DNA of 64,000 bases, taken from Octopus sinensis. Taxonomy: Eukaryota. The translations under genes and the position numbers were made by a program. Each line of letters begins with the position of its first letter. Positions within the stretch are counted from its first letter, which is position 1. Under the pieces are notes generated by a model. It saw nothing but the letters and a program-made list of their open reading frames with translations, was not told the DNA's origin and did not search any database. Below are positions 24,827 to 38,465 of the stretch, piece by piece. The stretch is from the NCBI RefSeq assembly GCF_006345805.1, contig NC_043002.1:3844001-3908000 (forward strand), in the 5' to 3' direction.

Positions 24827-25889
24827 CTCAGGAGAATTATAAATCATTTGAGTCATCGAGAAATATTTACCCCACAAGCAGAAAGTTATGCAAGAGAACA
24901 TATTCCGTAAACCGGAGAATATCAAAAGGCTTGATCGAAAAGTATTTCTCCTGGACCTGCGATAGACGCTACCTATCCAGGAAAATATACTTTTGCTGTT
25001 CATAAAGAGGAAATTGCTGCTGATTAATAAGAGGGACAAAAATGCCTCTGTGTTGCGCCATGGTGGCCTGTGCATGTCGTGACCGATGACCTGTAAACAT
25101 GCGCTAAGCCTACGACATCGCAAGCGCTTCCTTGGCGGTGAACAGGTGTGGTCGCCGTTTTCCAGACACGTGTTTCCCCAACTGCTCTCCTTAACGGAGC
25201 TGTAGTCCTGGGTCAAACAGAGACCGAGGGAAGATATTTGAAAAGTGGAATGCCCAGATCCTTCAACCAACCTGACACTGTGATAGATGGGAAGTCCACT
25301 TTAGAGCGTTCCATGGAGGATTAGTAATGGGAGGGAAAAGTGCGACGACGTTGCTGGGGAGACCTTGGGCGTCGAAGACAATCAGTTAGCTGCTCTCTTC
25401 TGGAGAACTTTCGGCCCGGGACCGGTCGATAACTTTCAGAAATCCTTAGCCAGTGCCGTCCATAATGTCTTTCTTTGTCTATTCTTTCTGTTTTGTCTAT
25501 CTGGTTATATCTATATACTTATAAAAAGCAAGTTTGTACGTTGGCCGCTAATTTCACTAAATAAAATTGGTAATCAGGGTTTTTTTTTTAGTGTTTTCAA
25601 ATAATCTGACTTCCGTCATGCTCACTGTGAACTTTCCCTCCACAAAAATGGTTCTGGGGGATTAATTACTATTACAATTTGAATTTCGGAAGTGAGGAAG
25701 TTGTAAAGATAATTTATGGATATCTTGTGTGTCGTCAGTTGCACTGGGAAAAGGAGGCTAAACAACAAACGGAGTGGGAGTGAGAGTTGGTTAGAGACAC
25801 TAAATACACGCGAACTTTGGTTATCTCCCCCTTTACTCGCGCGTACAAGACGTAACTATTGAACGACACGTAGGAAGCATATCCGTTTC

Positions 25890-26110
25890 TTTATTACCCA
25901 CAAGGGACTAAACACAGAGGGGACAAACAAGGACAGACAAACGGATTAAGTCGATTACATCGACCCCAGTGCGTAACTGGTACTTACTTAATCGACCCCG
26001 AAAGGATGAAAGGCAAAGTGGACCTGGGCGGAATTTGAACTCAGAACGTAACAGCAGACGAAATACGGCTACGCATTTCGCCCGGCGTGCTAACGATTCT
26101 GCCAACTCGC
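25890..26110 (-). mobile_element. SINE family B, full
   Basis: Reverse complement of the family consensus seen at 58812-59040. Confidence 0.88.
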
Positions 26111-26181
26111 GAAGCATATCGCCTACTTAAGAGCGAATTCCAATTGAATTTCCCTCCTCTTCTCCAAGACGCGACAAGGTC

Positions 26182-26273
<92 letters not shown>

Positions 26274-26851
26274 ACAGATTTGATAGTCTTTCCTACCAGC
26301 AACTCGCCATGGTATTCTACGCTTAGTGCCTGTCCGAAAGTAATTTTTGTACTTTGAATTCCTCCTCTTTTCTCACTGTCATCGTGGAACCATGGCAAGA
26401 TGTTCAGAACCTTTCACTTCAGTCCCAAATAACTTTACTGAACATTGTGTACTCACCGTATGAATTCGTTTGTTACGCATCTGAATAAAACCTTGGACAC
26501 GAAGTTGCTCACACACAGACACACAAGTGTTGTCGTCAGTTACTCCACCAGAAGCAGTTCAAAGCCATTGGATTAATGACACAGTCCACTCATTAAAGTA
26601 TTGACCTCTTCATTAGCGATTTCACTCGCGCGCGCACGCAAACACACACGTGTTAAATTAAATAGTAAACCCATTTGGTTTCAAAATATTACTTCCTTTT
26701 CCGAGAATATCATCGATCTACGAATTGTAAACAAACATGCGCGGAAGAACATACGTTCACACACTCACACACGTATACACACATATGTAAATGTGTGTAT
26801 ACGTGCATAGTTGTATATGAATATGTATGTGTATGTATGCGTGTATGGATG

Positions 26852-27237
26852 GAAGCACTCCGTCGGTTACGACGACGAGGGTTCCGGTTGATCCGAATCA
26901 ACGGAACAGCCTGCTCGTGAAATTAACGTGTAAGTGGCTGAGCACTCCACAGACACGTGTACCCTTAACGCAGTTCTCGGGGATATTCAGCGTGACACAG
27001 AGAGTGACAAGGCCGGCCCCTTGAAATACAGGTACAACAGAAACAGGAAGCAAGAGTGAGAGAAAGTTGTGGTGAAAGAGTACAGCAGGGATCACCACCA
27101 TCCCCTGCCGGAGCCTCGTGGAGCTTTTTTAGGTGTTTTCGCTCAATAAACACTCACAACGCCCGGTCTGGGAATCGAAACCGCGATCCTATGACCGCGA
27201 GTCCGCTGCCCTAACCACAGGGCCATTGTGCCTCCGT
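26852..27237 (-). mobile_element. SINE family C, full
   Basis: Reverse complement of 47905-48288. Confidence 0.9.
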
Positions 27238-27241
27238 ATAC

Positions 27242-27244
27242 GTG

Positions 27245-27283
<39 letters not shown>

Positions 27284-29293
27284 ACAGAGGAATATATGTA
27301 ACGGTAGAAGTTTATTTTTGTAATGGTTGAAATCAATTTGTGAACAATAGTATGGAACGTCGATTGGTTCTCTGTTGATTGCCATTATGTAAAGATGAAA
27401 GAACAGTGATTGAAGTCGTGAAGAAAATATTTATTTTTACTGTTACATTGTAACAAAAAAATCCAAAACCACGACGGGTTGGTATGTATAATTAGTAAAT
27501 GGAAAAGCATGCGAAGTAAAGATAGATGTCGTAGATTTTCTTTGTATAGTTTGTGTTCTCTTGGCAATCCACAGGTAGAGATAGAACGATGTTGTAAGAG
27601 AAAAGAAATTGAGCTAGTAAAAGTTGGGTCTCCTTGTTGCTGATTGTAATCTTCTTTCTTCTTCTGACCATTCGTCTATATTAGCTGCCTTCTTGTGGCC
27701 CTGACTAGCTGTCCGTTCACTAACTGATGGTCGCTCTCCCTAACTCGGGTTCTCACATACTCGAGTTGTCACTAACTGACTTTTGCTTGGGGGTTCTTGT
27801 TTTTATAACTATCCAGAAGGATAGAAATGTCGTTGAGAACAATGGATTTCGTTGGTGGTATTTGTTATCTTAATTCTAGCTTTTGGTGTCCTAGAAGAGG
27901 TTAGAAGGGTCAAGTGGCGAAGACAATATTTCGACCTAGCTAAGGCAAGTGGCAAATGTAAGTTGCTGTCACAGAAAAACTATTGTTTTACCGTGAGAAA
28001 AGTGCTGTTGAAGTGTTAATTTAAATTTGACTATCTAGGATCGAATCCACTTCATGCCTGCAAGATCCACTACATACACACATATATATATAGAGAGAGA
28101 GACAAATGTTATATTTCAGGACGGTTGTTTTTTTTTGTTTTTTTTTTGCCAAATAAACACACGCACTATATATTCGTTCAAATGTATAGAGCAATGTGTA
28201 TATATGTATATATTCATAAATATGTGTGCGTGTCCACGTGCGCGTGCGTGTATGTGTGTGTGCGTGTACACACACACACACACACACATACACACAGAGG
28301 AATATATGTAACGGTAGAAGTTTATTTTTGTAATGGTTGAAATCAATTTGTGAACAATAGTATGGAACGTCGATTGGTTCTCTGTTGATTGCCATTATGT
28401 AAAGATGAAAGAACAGTGATTGAAGTCGTGAAGAAAATATTTATTTTTACTGTTACATTGTAACAAAAAAATCCAAAACCACGACGGGTTGGTATGTATA
28501 ATTAGTAAATGGAAAAGCTGCGAAGTAAAGATAGATGTCGTAGATTTTCTTTGTATAGTTTGTGTTCTCTTGGCAATCCACAGGTAGAGATAGAACGATG
28601 TTGTAAGAGAAAAGAAATTGAGCTAGTAAAAGTTGGGTCTCCTTGTTGCTGATTGTAATCTTCTTTCTTCTTCTGACCATTCGTCTATATTAGCTGCCTT
28701 CTTGTGGCCCTGACTAGCTGTCCGTTCACTAACTGATGGTCGCTCTCCCTAACTCGGGTTCTCACATACTCGAGTTGTCACTAACTGACTTTTGCTTGGG
28801 GGTTCTTGTTTTTATAACTATCCAGAAGGATAGAAATGTCGTTGAGAACAATGGATTTCGTTGGTGGTATTTGTTATCTTAATTCTAGCTTTTGGTGTCC
28901 TAGAAGAGGTTAGAAGGGTCAAGTGGCGAAGACAATATTTCGACCTAGCTAAGGCAAGTGGCAAATGTAAGTTGCTGTCACAGAAAAACTATTGTTTTAC
29001 CGTGAGAAAAGTGCTGTTGAAGTGTTAATTTAAATTTGACTATCTAGGATCGAATCCACTTCATGCCTGCAAGATCCACTACATACACACATATATATAT
29101 AGAGAGAGAGACAAATGTTATATTTCAGGACGGTTGTTTTTTTTTGTTTTTTTTTTGCCAAATAAACACACGCACTATATATTCGTTCAAATGTATAGAG
29201 CAATGTGTATATATGTATATATTCATAAATATGTGTGCGTGTCCACGTGCGCGTGCGTGTATGTGTGTGTGCGTGTACACACACACACACACA
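27242..29293. repeat. Tandem duplication, ~1010-bp unit x2, bounded by (CA)n
   Basis: Repeated ORFs offset by 1009-1010 nt; one 1-bp indel seen. Confidence 0.92.
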
Positions 29294-31404
29294 CAGTCTT
29301 CTACTGTGTTGTAATTTAAGCCTTCCTTGCGTTTCCTGTGCTTTAAGGATGCGAAGCAATCGTTTTCTCATCTTGTGATGTTTAGCGATATATTCTTTTA
29401 TTCTTTTACTTGTTTCGGTCATGTGACTGCGCCCAGGCTGGAGCAAATCGACCCCGGGCCTTATTCTTTGTAAGCCTAGTATCTGAGAGTCCCACCAGAG
29501 CTACATCCCTGGTGTATCCTGGCATGCGCAGTGTTGGAGGGGAGCGATATTCTTCCAAAGAGAACTAGTTCGGGACCGCTCCGGAGCTCCTTCTACAAGC
29601 AAAGCCCAAACAGCTGGGAAAAATCCCAGACCTTATCTTTCTGCCGAAAGGGGCAGAACTGTAATTGTGTGGGCGAGATGATCGAAACTCCACGTCTGTG
29701 TAATACTTCACCATCTCAAAGCATTCTGCCTGTACAACCGAAACGAGAAAGAGGAAAGGACACCATTGCTGCAACAACAACAACAACAGCAGCAGTAGCG
29801 GCAGCAGCAGCAGCAACAACAGCAGCAGTAGCATCGATGAAAAGATAAAGGGAGCTACATTGACACCATCTGGGCCAACATCAACAATAGTAACAACAAT
29901 AACAGCAGCGGCGGCAGTAATGGTGTATTGTTTCAAAGGTCGATATCCTTTGGCACTTTGACATATGTCCAGTTCACTGGGCCAACTTCGGCGATGGCGG
30001 AGAAACAGGCTCAAACTCCATTATTTCTGCAAGAAAAAAAAAAAAGAAGAGAGGAAATACTAAACGCTATTTGAAAGGAAGGAAGAAAGAAAGAAAGGAA
30101 AACGGGAAAAAAGAAGAAGACGATGGAGAAGAAAACGGAAACAGATCTTTAAAAACAACAGCTGTTAAGATATTATGTGATGGGGGGGGGGGGGAGGTTG
30201 CAATGTATGTCGGGCCTTTTACGATCTGAAATTCCACCAAGATCAACACTGCCTTTGTATTCTTCGGAGATAGATAGAATAAAACACCATCTGCATCTTG
30301 AAGTCAATTTAAGCATCTAACGCCCAATCGCCTAATTTCTGACTTTGTGCCTGTGATAAAAATCACTATTATGGATAAGAACACGACTTTTAGAGCGTCG
30401 AACAAACTGCTGTGCAGTACTTAGTTACAGCTCTTTACTTTGTGAGTTCAAATCTTACCATGGTCACCCTTTTTTGTATTCTTCTTCTGCTGGAGAGCGA
30501 TAAAATAAAGTACCAATCAAGTACATTAAATTGATTAAACTTCCCTCGCTAGAGTTGTACTTTGTTATTTTGTTACTTGAACTCCGAAAGAAGGACAGAA
30601 GAAAAACAGGAAGGGAGCCGGCTTCTCTCCCCAGTATTCCAAGGAGACCTCAAACGCTCGAGGACTGGTCGGACAGGATCAGAAACTGTAGCAGAAGTGA
30701 TTTATACTGTCATTGTGTGAGATGTTTTCGTTTTGACTCATTTAAGCTTAAATACTCGAATATAGGCTCCACAAGCCCTTTTCGTTCCAGCAGGTCACAT
30801 GACTTTGTGATTAAACGAACCTGTTGTTTGGATTGGTCGGTTTCTAGCTGTCCAATCGCGTTAACGCAACAGTTTAGTTTAACTTACGCGGGAAATTAAC
30901 CACCAGCTTTTGGGAACCCACTGATCTCTTTAAGAACGGCAATTCTCGACTGTTCTAGGTCTTTGGCACACGCCACTGACCATACGCAACTCGTCTCCGG
31001 CAACGATGTTCTGACACTAGCCAGTCTCTGCTCTCACCTCCACCAGACGCCCGTCTACATCATTGCAACATGAACACAACACGAGCAATAGACCAACGGC
31101 TACCTCTACACACCACCAAAAAAGTACGCCAACTTTGTCTACAAAATCAGTCCAACCTAACCATAAAGTCTCTCACACATCTCTGTTGTAACCCTGTTGT
31201 TTTATTTCATGTATTGGCAATCATTGTATTTTATAACGGAGACTAAATCGTCGCTTGCCAATTCATTTCATCTCAAGTTGTATTTGTCCATTTTTACACA
31301 TTCTCCTTATTAATTATCTTCATTATAAAATAATCAGTGGCAAATCGGCCATACTAGAGGGCAGAGTGGCAGTCGTAACAGAGAGGGCCTAACTGGGATA
31401 TATA

Positions 31405-31520
31405 TCTATATATATAAAACTGAGAATGTGTGTGTCTGTCTGTGTGTTTCCCTAAAACTTGAGAACTACACAACCAATTTCATTCAAATTTTACACATGC
31501 CTTACTTAGGGTCCGCAGCA
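31405..31520 (+). mobile_element. Helitron/Helentron-associated non-autonomous element, 5' end
   Basis: Starts tctatatatataaaactgagaatgtgtgtgtctgtc, followed by ccaatttcattcaaattttacac. Confidence 0.5.
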
Positions 31521-32110
31521 ATATCATATCTTCTCCATTATTTCAGTATTACGTGTTAAAAGTGGAACAAAAACATCTCTCTATTGTAATGTCAGATACT
31601 TTCACTTTAATACTGAAACTATTAAAGTTAAACTATTATATAAGAGGGGTGAACCATTAACAGTGGACATCCATTTTGCTAGAAGATCCGCTATGGTCTT
31701 ATATGCTACACCACTGGTTTTCAATTCATATTAATCAAATTAATATTCAATTTCTCACCCTTATTATTTTAAAATTAAATTTAAACCCAGGACCATGTGT
31801 TTTGGAACGAAGTTTATTACCACACAGCCACACCTGCACCTATGTATGTGTGTGTGTGTATGTGTATATAGCTGTATATGTATACATTTATTTCTATACA
31901 TATAGATGTGTATGTATACATGTATATATATATATATGTACATAAATTGACTGCTGCTAATTATTAGCTGCAGGCTGGTTTTTTCGGGTCTCAACGTGCC
32001 AAAGTAAAGGCATTTGAAAGATATATTCGAATGTAATATGTTGGACTCCATGCACGCGATACTCCGGTATCGTTTTTGCATCTAGTCCAGCAAATTGCAT
32101 TTATAACAGG

Positions 32111-32174
32111 CCATGCTGATGAAGGCTACAGTTATCCTTGCGGAAAATAATAGCCGAAACTGATCAGTACATGG
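32111..32174 (+). ncRNA. Type I hammerhead ribozyme
   Basis: ccatg-CTGATGA-a-ggcta[...]tagcc-GAAA-ctgatcag-TA-catgg: stem I 5 bp, stem II 5 bp, palindromic stem III ACTGATCAGT, GUA triplet (cleavage after 32169); lies in a Penelope-type terminal repeat (~31950-32420). Confidence 0.82.
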
Positions 32175-32415
32175 GTAATTATTTTATTTCGTATATTTTC
32201 ACTTGTTTATTGCTTCGGTTTTGTGCTGAGTTTGATTTGAGAACATAATCTTTTGTGGAGAATGGCAATTTGACGTCTATATCTAGCATGTTGACTGTCC
32301 ACTTTTCGTGTTCAGTCCTTAATTGGTATATATAAATATTTTAATCTTCGGATTCTTTTTTTAATATGCTAGACCACTAGCTTTAATTGATAAATATCAA
32401 TTTCTACCTTAATTA

Positions 32416-32516
<101 letters not shown>

Positions 32517-32599
32517 GATGTACATGTAATATGTACACATATATTCACATATATACATGCATAAATATATACACCCATACACACACACACACACATTCA

Positions 32600-32999
32600 T
32601 AGGTGCAGGTGTGGCTGTGTGGTAACAAACTTGGTTCCAAAACACATGGTCCTCAGTTCAATTCCACTGTGTGGTAACTTGGCATGTGTCTTCTGCTATA
32701 GTCTGAGACCAACCAAAGCCTTGTCTGTGGATTTTGTAGACAGAAATTGAAAGAAATCAATCGTATATATATGTATGTATATATGTAAGTCTGTGTGTGT
32801 GTCTTTGTGTTTCTCCCTTATCACTGCCTCACAACTGGTGTTCGTTTATTTACATCCCTATAAGTTACTGGTTTCACAAGAAGAAACTGATAGAATAAGT
32901 ACCAGGCTTATCAAAATAAAAAACCCACTAGGCAGTATCTCATATTTTGTTTGCCCACACAATTTATCTTTATGTGTGTACATACATACATACATACAT

Positions 33000-33093
<94 letters not shown>

Positions 33094-33300
33094 CATAGAT
33101 AGGAACTTAAAGAAATCAATCGTATATATATGTATGTATATATTTCACCCTCATCACTGCTTCACAACTGCTGTTCGTTTATTTACATCCCCATAACTTA
33201 CTGGTTTCATATGAAGAAACTAATAGAATAAGTACCAGGCTTATCAACATAAAAAAAGCACTACGCTGTACCTCATATTTTTGTTTGCCCACTCAGTTGT
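32600..33300 (+). mobile_element. Diverged SINE family A with tandemly repeated 3' half
   Basis: 32745-32960 and 33105-33295 are similar but diverged, separated by (TA)n. Confidence 0.65.
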
Positions 33301-33387
33301 ATCTATCAATTTACCTTTGTGTGTATATATATATATATATATATAATACACACACACACACGCGCGCGCGCGCGCACACACACGCAC

Positions 33388-33438
<51 letters not shown>

Positions 33439-33444
33439 CATTCA

Positions 33445-34625
33445 TATTTATCATATCAAAGACAATGTCTTTATGTGTTCGTGTATTACTTATACATTCG
33501 AAAACTGCTGCACCGATCATAATGAAATTTGTCACACAAAATCGAAGCCCAAGGAGAAGGGTAATGCTGTGTGTTTCATACAATTTCATGGACCAAAATT
33601 TCTGAATGAATTCTTATGATATTTGAAACTTAGATTCAATGCATAAGGGCGGGTATAATGCAATATGTTTGGTTTGAACTTCAGATGGCTTAAAGGGGGC
33701 AGAACCCCCCATGAAAATTCATAAATTTTCGATGTTGATGAAATTTAACCATGGGTAATTGACACACATCAAGAAGTATTCTCAAAAGTTTCCACTTCAC
33801 ATGAGGGTTCTAAGACACCCTAATGGGGGCCTTAACTTTCAAATTTTAGTCATTTCTTTTATGATCCAAAACTAAGTCAAAAGTACTGAACGGATCTTTA
33901 TGAAATTTGGAAATTATATTCTATGTATAAGGACCACAACCCCCATGACAATTCATATATTTTTGCTGTTGAGGAAATTTTAACCATAGATATTAGATAC
34001 AAATGAAGTAATATTTATATAATTTCATCTTCTTACAAGTTAGAAAGACCCCTTCATGGGGACTTAACACCCACAATTTTGTCATTTTATCTAAGCAAAG
34101 ACGAATAGTTGAAATCTTGGAAGCTGTGGGGTCATCCGAGCATAGAAGATGAGCATTATTTGTAATTCAATGGTACAACAGTGTAAGAGTTTGCTTTGAC
34201 ATACACTTACATGGTGATTTCTGCAATGTGCTGTATAAATTGTCAACTAAATGAGAGGCATCTTTGCCTCCACTGATTCAGTTGCAAAGCTTTGAGTAAA
34301 GTTATTTGATTGCAGATCTCCTTTCAGTCTTTTTATTATCACTGGGTCACACATAGTCCCCACATGGTAACATTGATTTCAAGGCCTTCTCAGATGAGTT
34401 ACTAGATATTCAAAGACATTTATAGATTGTATATTTATTCTGTCCAGTTACGTATCAGTATAGTGGTCCAACTTTCATTTCTGTGTGCAAAGAGGGAAAT
34501 AGTGCTCATCTGCAATTTTGATGAAATTCGAAACGTAGATATTGCAGTTCATTAGAGAAAATATAACAGAAAAGTCTAATTCTTCAATTGTATGTAACTC
34601 GGGCAACGCCGGGTAACTCTGCTAG
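33445..34625 (+). mobile_element. Non-autonomous Helitron
   Basis: 3' end ctcgggcaacgccggg hairpin followed by CTAG (34622-34625); 5' boundary approximate. Confidence 0.65.
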
Positions 34626-35336
34626 TATCATATATTACCTTATATATTTGCATTCATACACATATCTGTACACGCAGATGTATACTTGTATACATATATG
34701 TATATATATCACGTGACCGACCAGACCATCAGATGTTGTTACACATCGCTGGTCACAATGCGTTCGCATTGTTTTAGCCTTTGAATGACACCACCCTGCT
34801 GGCTAAGCAAGCAGGCCAACAGAAGAAAGAGTGGGAGAAAGTGTGGTGAAAGAGTACAGCAGGGATCACCACCCCCTGCCGGAGCCTCGTGGAGCTTTTT
34901 AGGTGTTTTCGCTCAATAAACACTCACAACGCCCTGGAAAAGTGTCTTGGTGCGACTATAAAAGATATCTAACCAGAGGCGGTAAATTCGCCACAATAGA
35001 AGCAAGGTTCGAGTCAACGGAGTGTGCAAGGGAGTACTCGACTCGAACTTGCAAAGTGGAAATATTTTATTTTTACCTTTATATCTGGGACGTAGGAGGT
35101 CCCGGATAAAAATTAAAAATCCCCCCCCCCAGCAGTAGAGGTAGGCTGGATTGTAGCCACACTTCTATACAAGAGGGAGGACAAGATACAATTGATCAAA
35201 ATTGCAAGAGACGGGCTTAGAATTCCAGTCTGTTATATATTTTGAGTATTGTTATCACTAGCGATATCAAGATATAACTTTGTATTTTGTATTTTATGTG
35301 TAGATGTATATGTAATGTGTACACATATATACATGC

Positions 35337-35377
35337 ACTAGCACTATGACCCGGCAACGACGGGTCATAATGCTAGT
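35337..35377. mobile_element. 41-bp palindromic Helitron-end mini element
   Basis: actagcactatgacccg-gcaacga-cgggtcataatgctagt; 16/17 stem pairs. Confidence 0.6.
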
Positions 35378-35479
35378 ATATATATATAATTGCAGCCAGG
35401 AAGTACACATATATATACGCACATACATGTACACATACATACATACATTCATACATACATACATACATACATACATACA

Positions 35480-35510
<31 letters not shown>

Positions 35511-35890
35511 CATGAACTAACTGTTACTTTCTCAGATGCAGCACGGAATTTTGTCAGTGAAGAGGTCGCGGTCTCAAAGCGACGAAAATATTTTGGCAAA
35601 TTAAATTTAAATGTTGAAGTGAATCTAACGGTTTTTGCGTGTTTCTTAAATGGCTTATAAACACCTTCCACGCTGCAATTGTTTTCGTTCTCATAAAGGT
35701 ATAGATGCAGGCTATGCACAACACTCGAATTACATAGTATTCATTGTTATATGTACTATAGAAAATTGTTTTTATAAAAAGTGTTCGATGTGAATAAATC
35801 TCTTCCTTTTCATATATATATATATATATTATGTTCTTATGTGAAATTTGTGGTGAGCTCGAGTGACACTGATGACCTTGAGTCGCTCTG

Positions 35891-35936
<46 letters not shown>

Positions 35937-37140
35937 TGTTACGGTTGGCTAGGTGCATTTCTGGTGACCCACATAGGAATAATGGCACCATGATGTCTGG
36001 TGAAATGTGACGGGTTCTTTGTCTAATGGAGGACTGATGGGTTTTGGAATGACCTGTGACCTCGTGTGGTTGATAAGAGGGTCAGTGAGAATGTGAAAGA
36101 GGAAGACAGATTAAGGGAATCTAAGAGCAGATGGAGAGGGTATTGACAGTAAGAGAAAAGGGACAGATTAAGGGCTGAGAGCAAATAGAGATAGGGTATA
36201 AGCAGTAGGGGACGGATGGAGAGGCTAAGAGACAGCAGGCGATATAGATAGAGTAAGGAATCAGATAGCAAATAGAAAGGCTAAGAGACAGCAGGCGATA
36301 TAGATAGGGTATAAGGACCAGGGCAGTTAGAAAGGGTAAGAGCGATATAGACAGAGGGAGATGAGGGGAGTGGAAGAAGGACAGAGACGAAGTGAGGTCT
36401 GGTAGTTCGCAGTTGGTCGTCAAGAAGGGCATTCGCTGGCCGGTCCTCGAAGAAGACAGACGGACCTTGGATTTAAGGAGCAAGCGTTGGAATTCTTAGG
36501 AGCAAGTTGGATGCGAGAGAAAGCTTGGCGGCACAGAAGGGAATTAGCAGTATTCAGAGGAATTAACAGTATGAGAGGAATGGGACACTGGCAGATTCAA
36601 TTAGGAATTGAGGTATGTGTTTGTGCATTGATATGTGTCACGGTGTATTGAACAGTGAAAAGAACAGTCAAGGACTCTGTCGATGTGGTCGATAAAGGAC
36701 ATTGTGAAGAAGAAGAGTAAAGGACTTGTTGATTGTGATGTTTAGGAAGAGACTTTAAAGAACTGTTGTCTTGGGACGTGTACTCTTGAATTGTTACATG
36801 ATGTTGTATTATGCTTTGAGTTGTACTCTTGAAATGCTGTTGTATTATGTATTGAGTAGTCACGTGCATGTCTTCCTTTAAATGTCTGCCTTAAATGTAC
36901 TTGATGTTGTAACCATTGATTGTCGTATAAACTGTTGTTGAATATATAAGCCAGTGTCTCTGTTGCCTTGCCTCTCTTTGGGTTGTATCTCGGGTCGTGC
37001 CTCTGTGTATCTCTGTGCTGCTGAGGTTGTGGTTGTTGTTGTATCTCTCCTCTCTCCTCCTCTTTGCGTTTCGTGGCAGAACTTGTGTTTGCCGTTCGGG
37101 GCGGGCGACAGCGACGGGCGATTCCGTCCGTTTCGTAACA
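35937..37140. mobile_element. LTR-like segment (tgttacg...cgtaaca) containing a decayed Penelope 3' fragment (~36030-36600, -)
   Basis: 7-bp terminal inverted repeat, internal tatataa; no internal retroviral genes seen. Confidence 0.35.
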
Positions 37141-37247
37141 ATATATATTCCTGTAACAAGTGGATTATAAGTGGATAAATCAGTGTATTGGCTTTAGAAT
37201 AACCTTCTTTAGCCCTTAATTATAAGATATATATATATATATATATA

Positions 37248-38068
37248 CTAGCAGCATAGCCCGGCGTTGCCCGGGTATGTAAGAGCCCCTAGTAGGCAAC
37301 GACTAATCCCAATCTAGTCCTTTCCCCCTAGGGAACGAGGCGCATGTGTAGGTTGCAATGTCTTCTCTTCACTCGAATACTTCTGTGTATACGATGTTCC
37401 ACGCTGTCCCTTTGGGCGAAAACATGAAAACATCATTGCGCCTCCCAAGAGAGTTAAAAAGGTCGAGTTGCGTCCCCTAGACAGTCTGTGGTTTGTGTTT
37501 AATACACAAATCGGTTTGCTATGTGTGTCACATATGATTTAATTAACCGATTTTTTCCAGTAATAAAGTATCCTATTGGAATAAAAAGGGCCATATAGCT
37601 CCTTGGAGCAGACATGATGCTCGCTGTGAATAAAAAAAAAAAATTCCTGCCAATTTGTGAAAGATATTGTCGAAAATATGTCATCTTGAATTTGAACGCG
37701 ATTTCCCAAAATGGCATGATTTTATCGATTTTTTCTGATGGTAAGGTATTGCATGGAAAACTAACGTCAGAATTAAGTTTCTTAGGGTAACATTAAGCTT
37801 CACCATGAGTTTGGTGAAAATCGATTGCAAGTTGCGAAAACTACAACAGAAAATGTGTTGCATATAAGAAGCTTAGATTCTCGACCCCATGTCGAATTTA
37901 TCAATTTTCTTCAGAACTGGGGGAACTTTTCAAAATTTTCGCTGCGTTAGTTTTAAATTATGACATTGGGCTATGTGTGTGTGTGTCAAGTTTCATCAGA
38001 ATCGGTTGAAAGCCGTGGTCAGGGTGAGGGTACAACCTGACAGACACACAGACAGACAAACTGCCGTT

Positions 38069-38075
<7 letters not shown>
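37248..38075 (-). mobile_element. Non-autonomous Helitron
   Basis: CTAG at 37248-37251 next to hairpin cccggcgttgcccggg; other end cagacacacagacagacaaactgccg at (TA)n. Confidence 0.7.
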
Positions 38076-38100
<25 letters not shown>

Positions 38101-38228
38101 TACAAAGTTATATCTTGAGATCGCTAGTAACAACAACACTCAAAACATAACAGACTGGAATGGTAGTGCTCAAATGAACTGTATACACATATTAATCCGA
38201 GGGGAGGCAATGTGAGCAGCAACTAAAG

Positions 38229-38465
38229 GAACATTACAAAATCCACAGAAAGATCAAACACATACATATATTCATTTATATCTACAGAACAGATATAAAG
38301 TCCGACGTTTAAAAATATAGTAATATATATGCACATATATATATACATGGATCAAAACAGCTAGATTCAAATATTGTTACTCCGAGTTTCAAGCGTGATG
38401 CTAATCTTCAGCCATTTTGAATTAGAATGAGAGAAGTTGATTACTAATGCCGTAAGGTGGGCTGC
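38229..38465. repeat. 237-bp segment (Penelope terminal-repeat-like) duplicated at 44940-45176
   Basis: Two mismatches seen in 237 bp. Confidence 0.9.

Noticed and set aside
24830-25330. Possible further Penelope C-terminal remnant (-)
   Set aside because: Motifs too decayed to support a call.
29531-30014. ORFs with poly-Ala/Thr and poly-Leu runs
   Set aside because: Trinucleotide-repeat driven, no recognisable domain or flanking splice sites.
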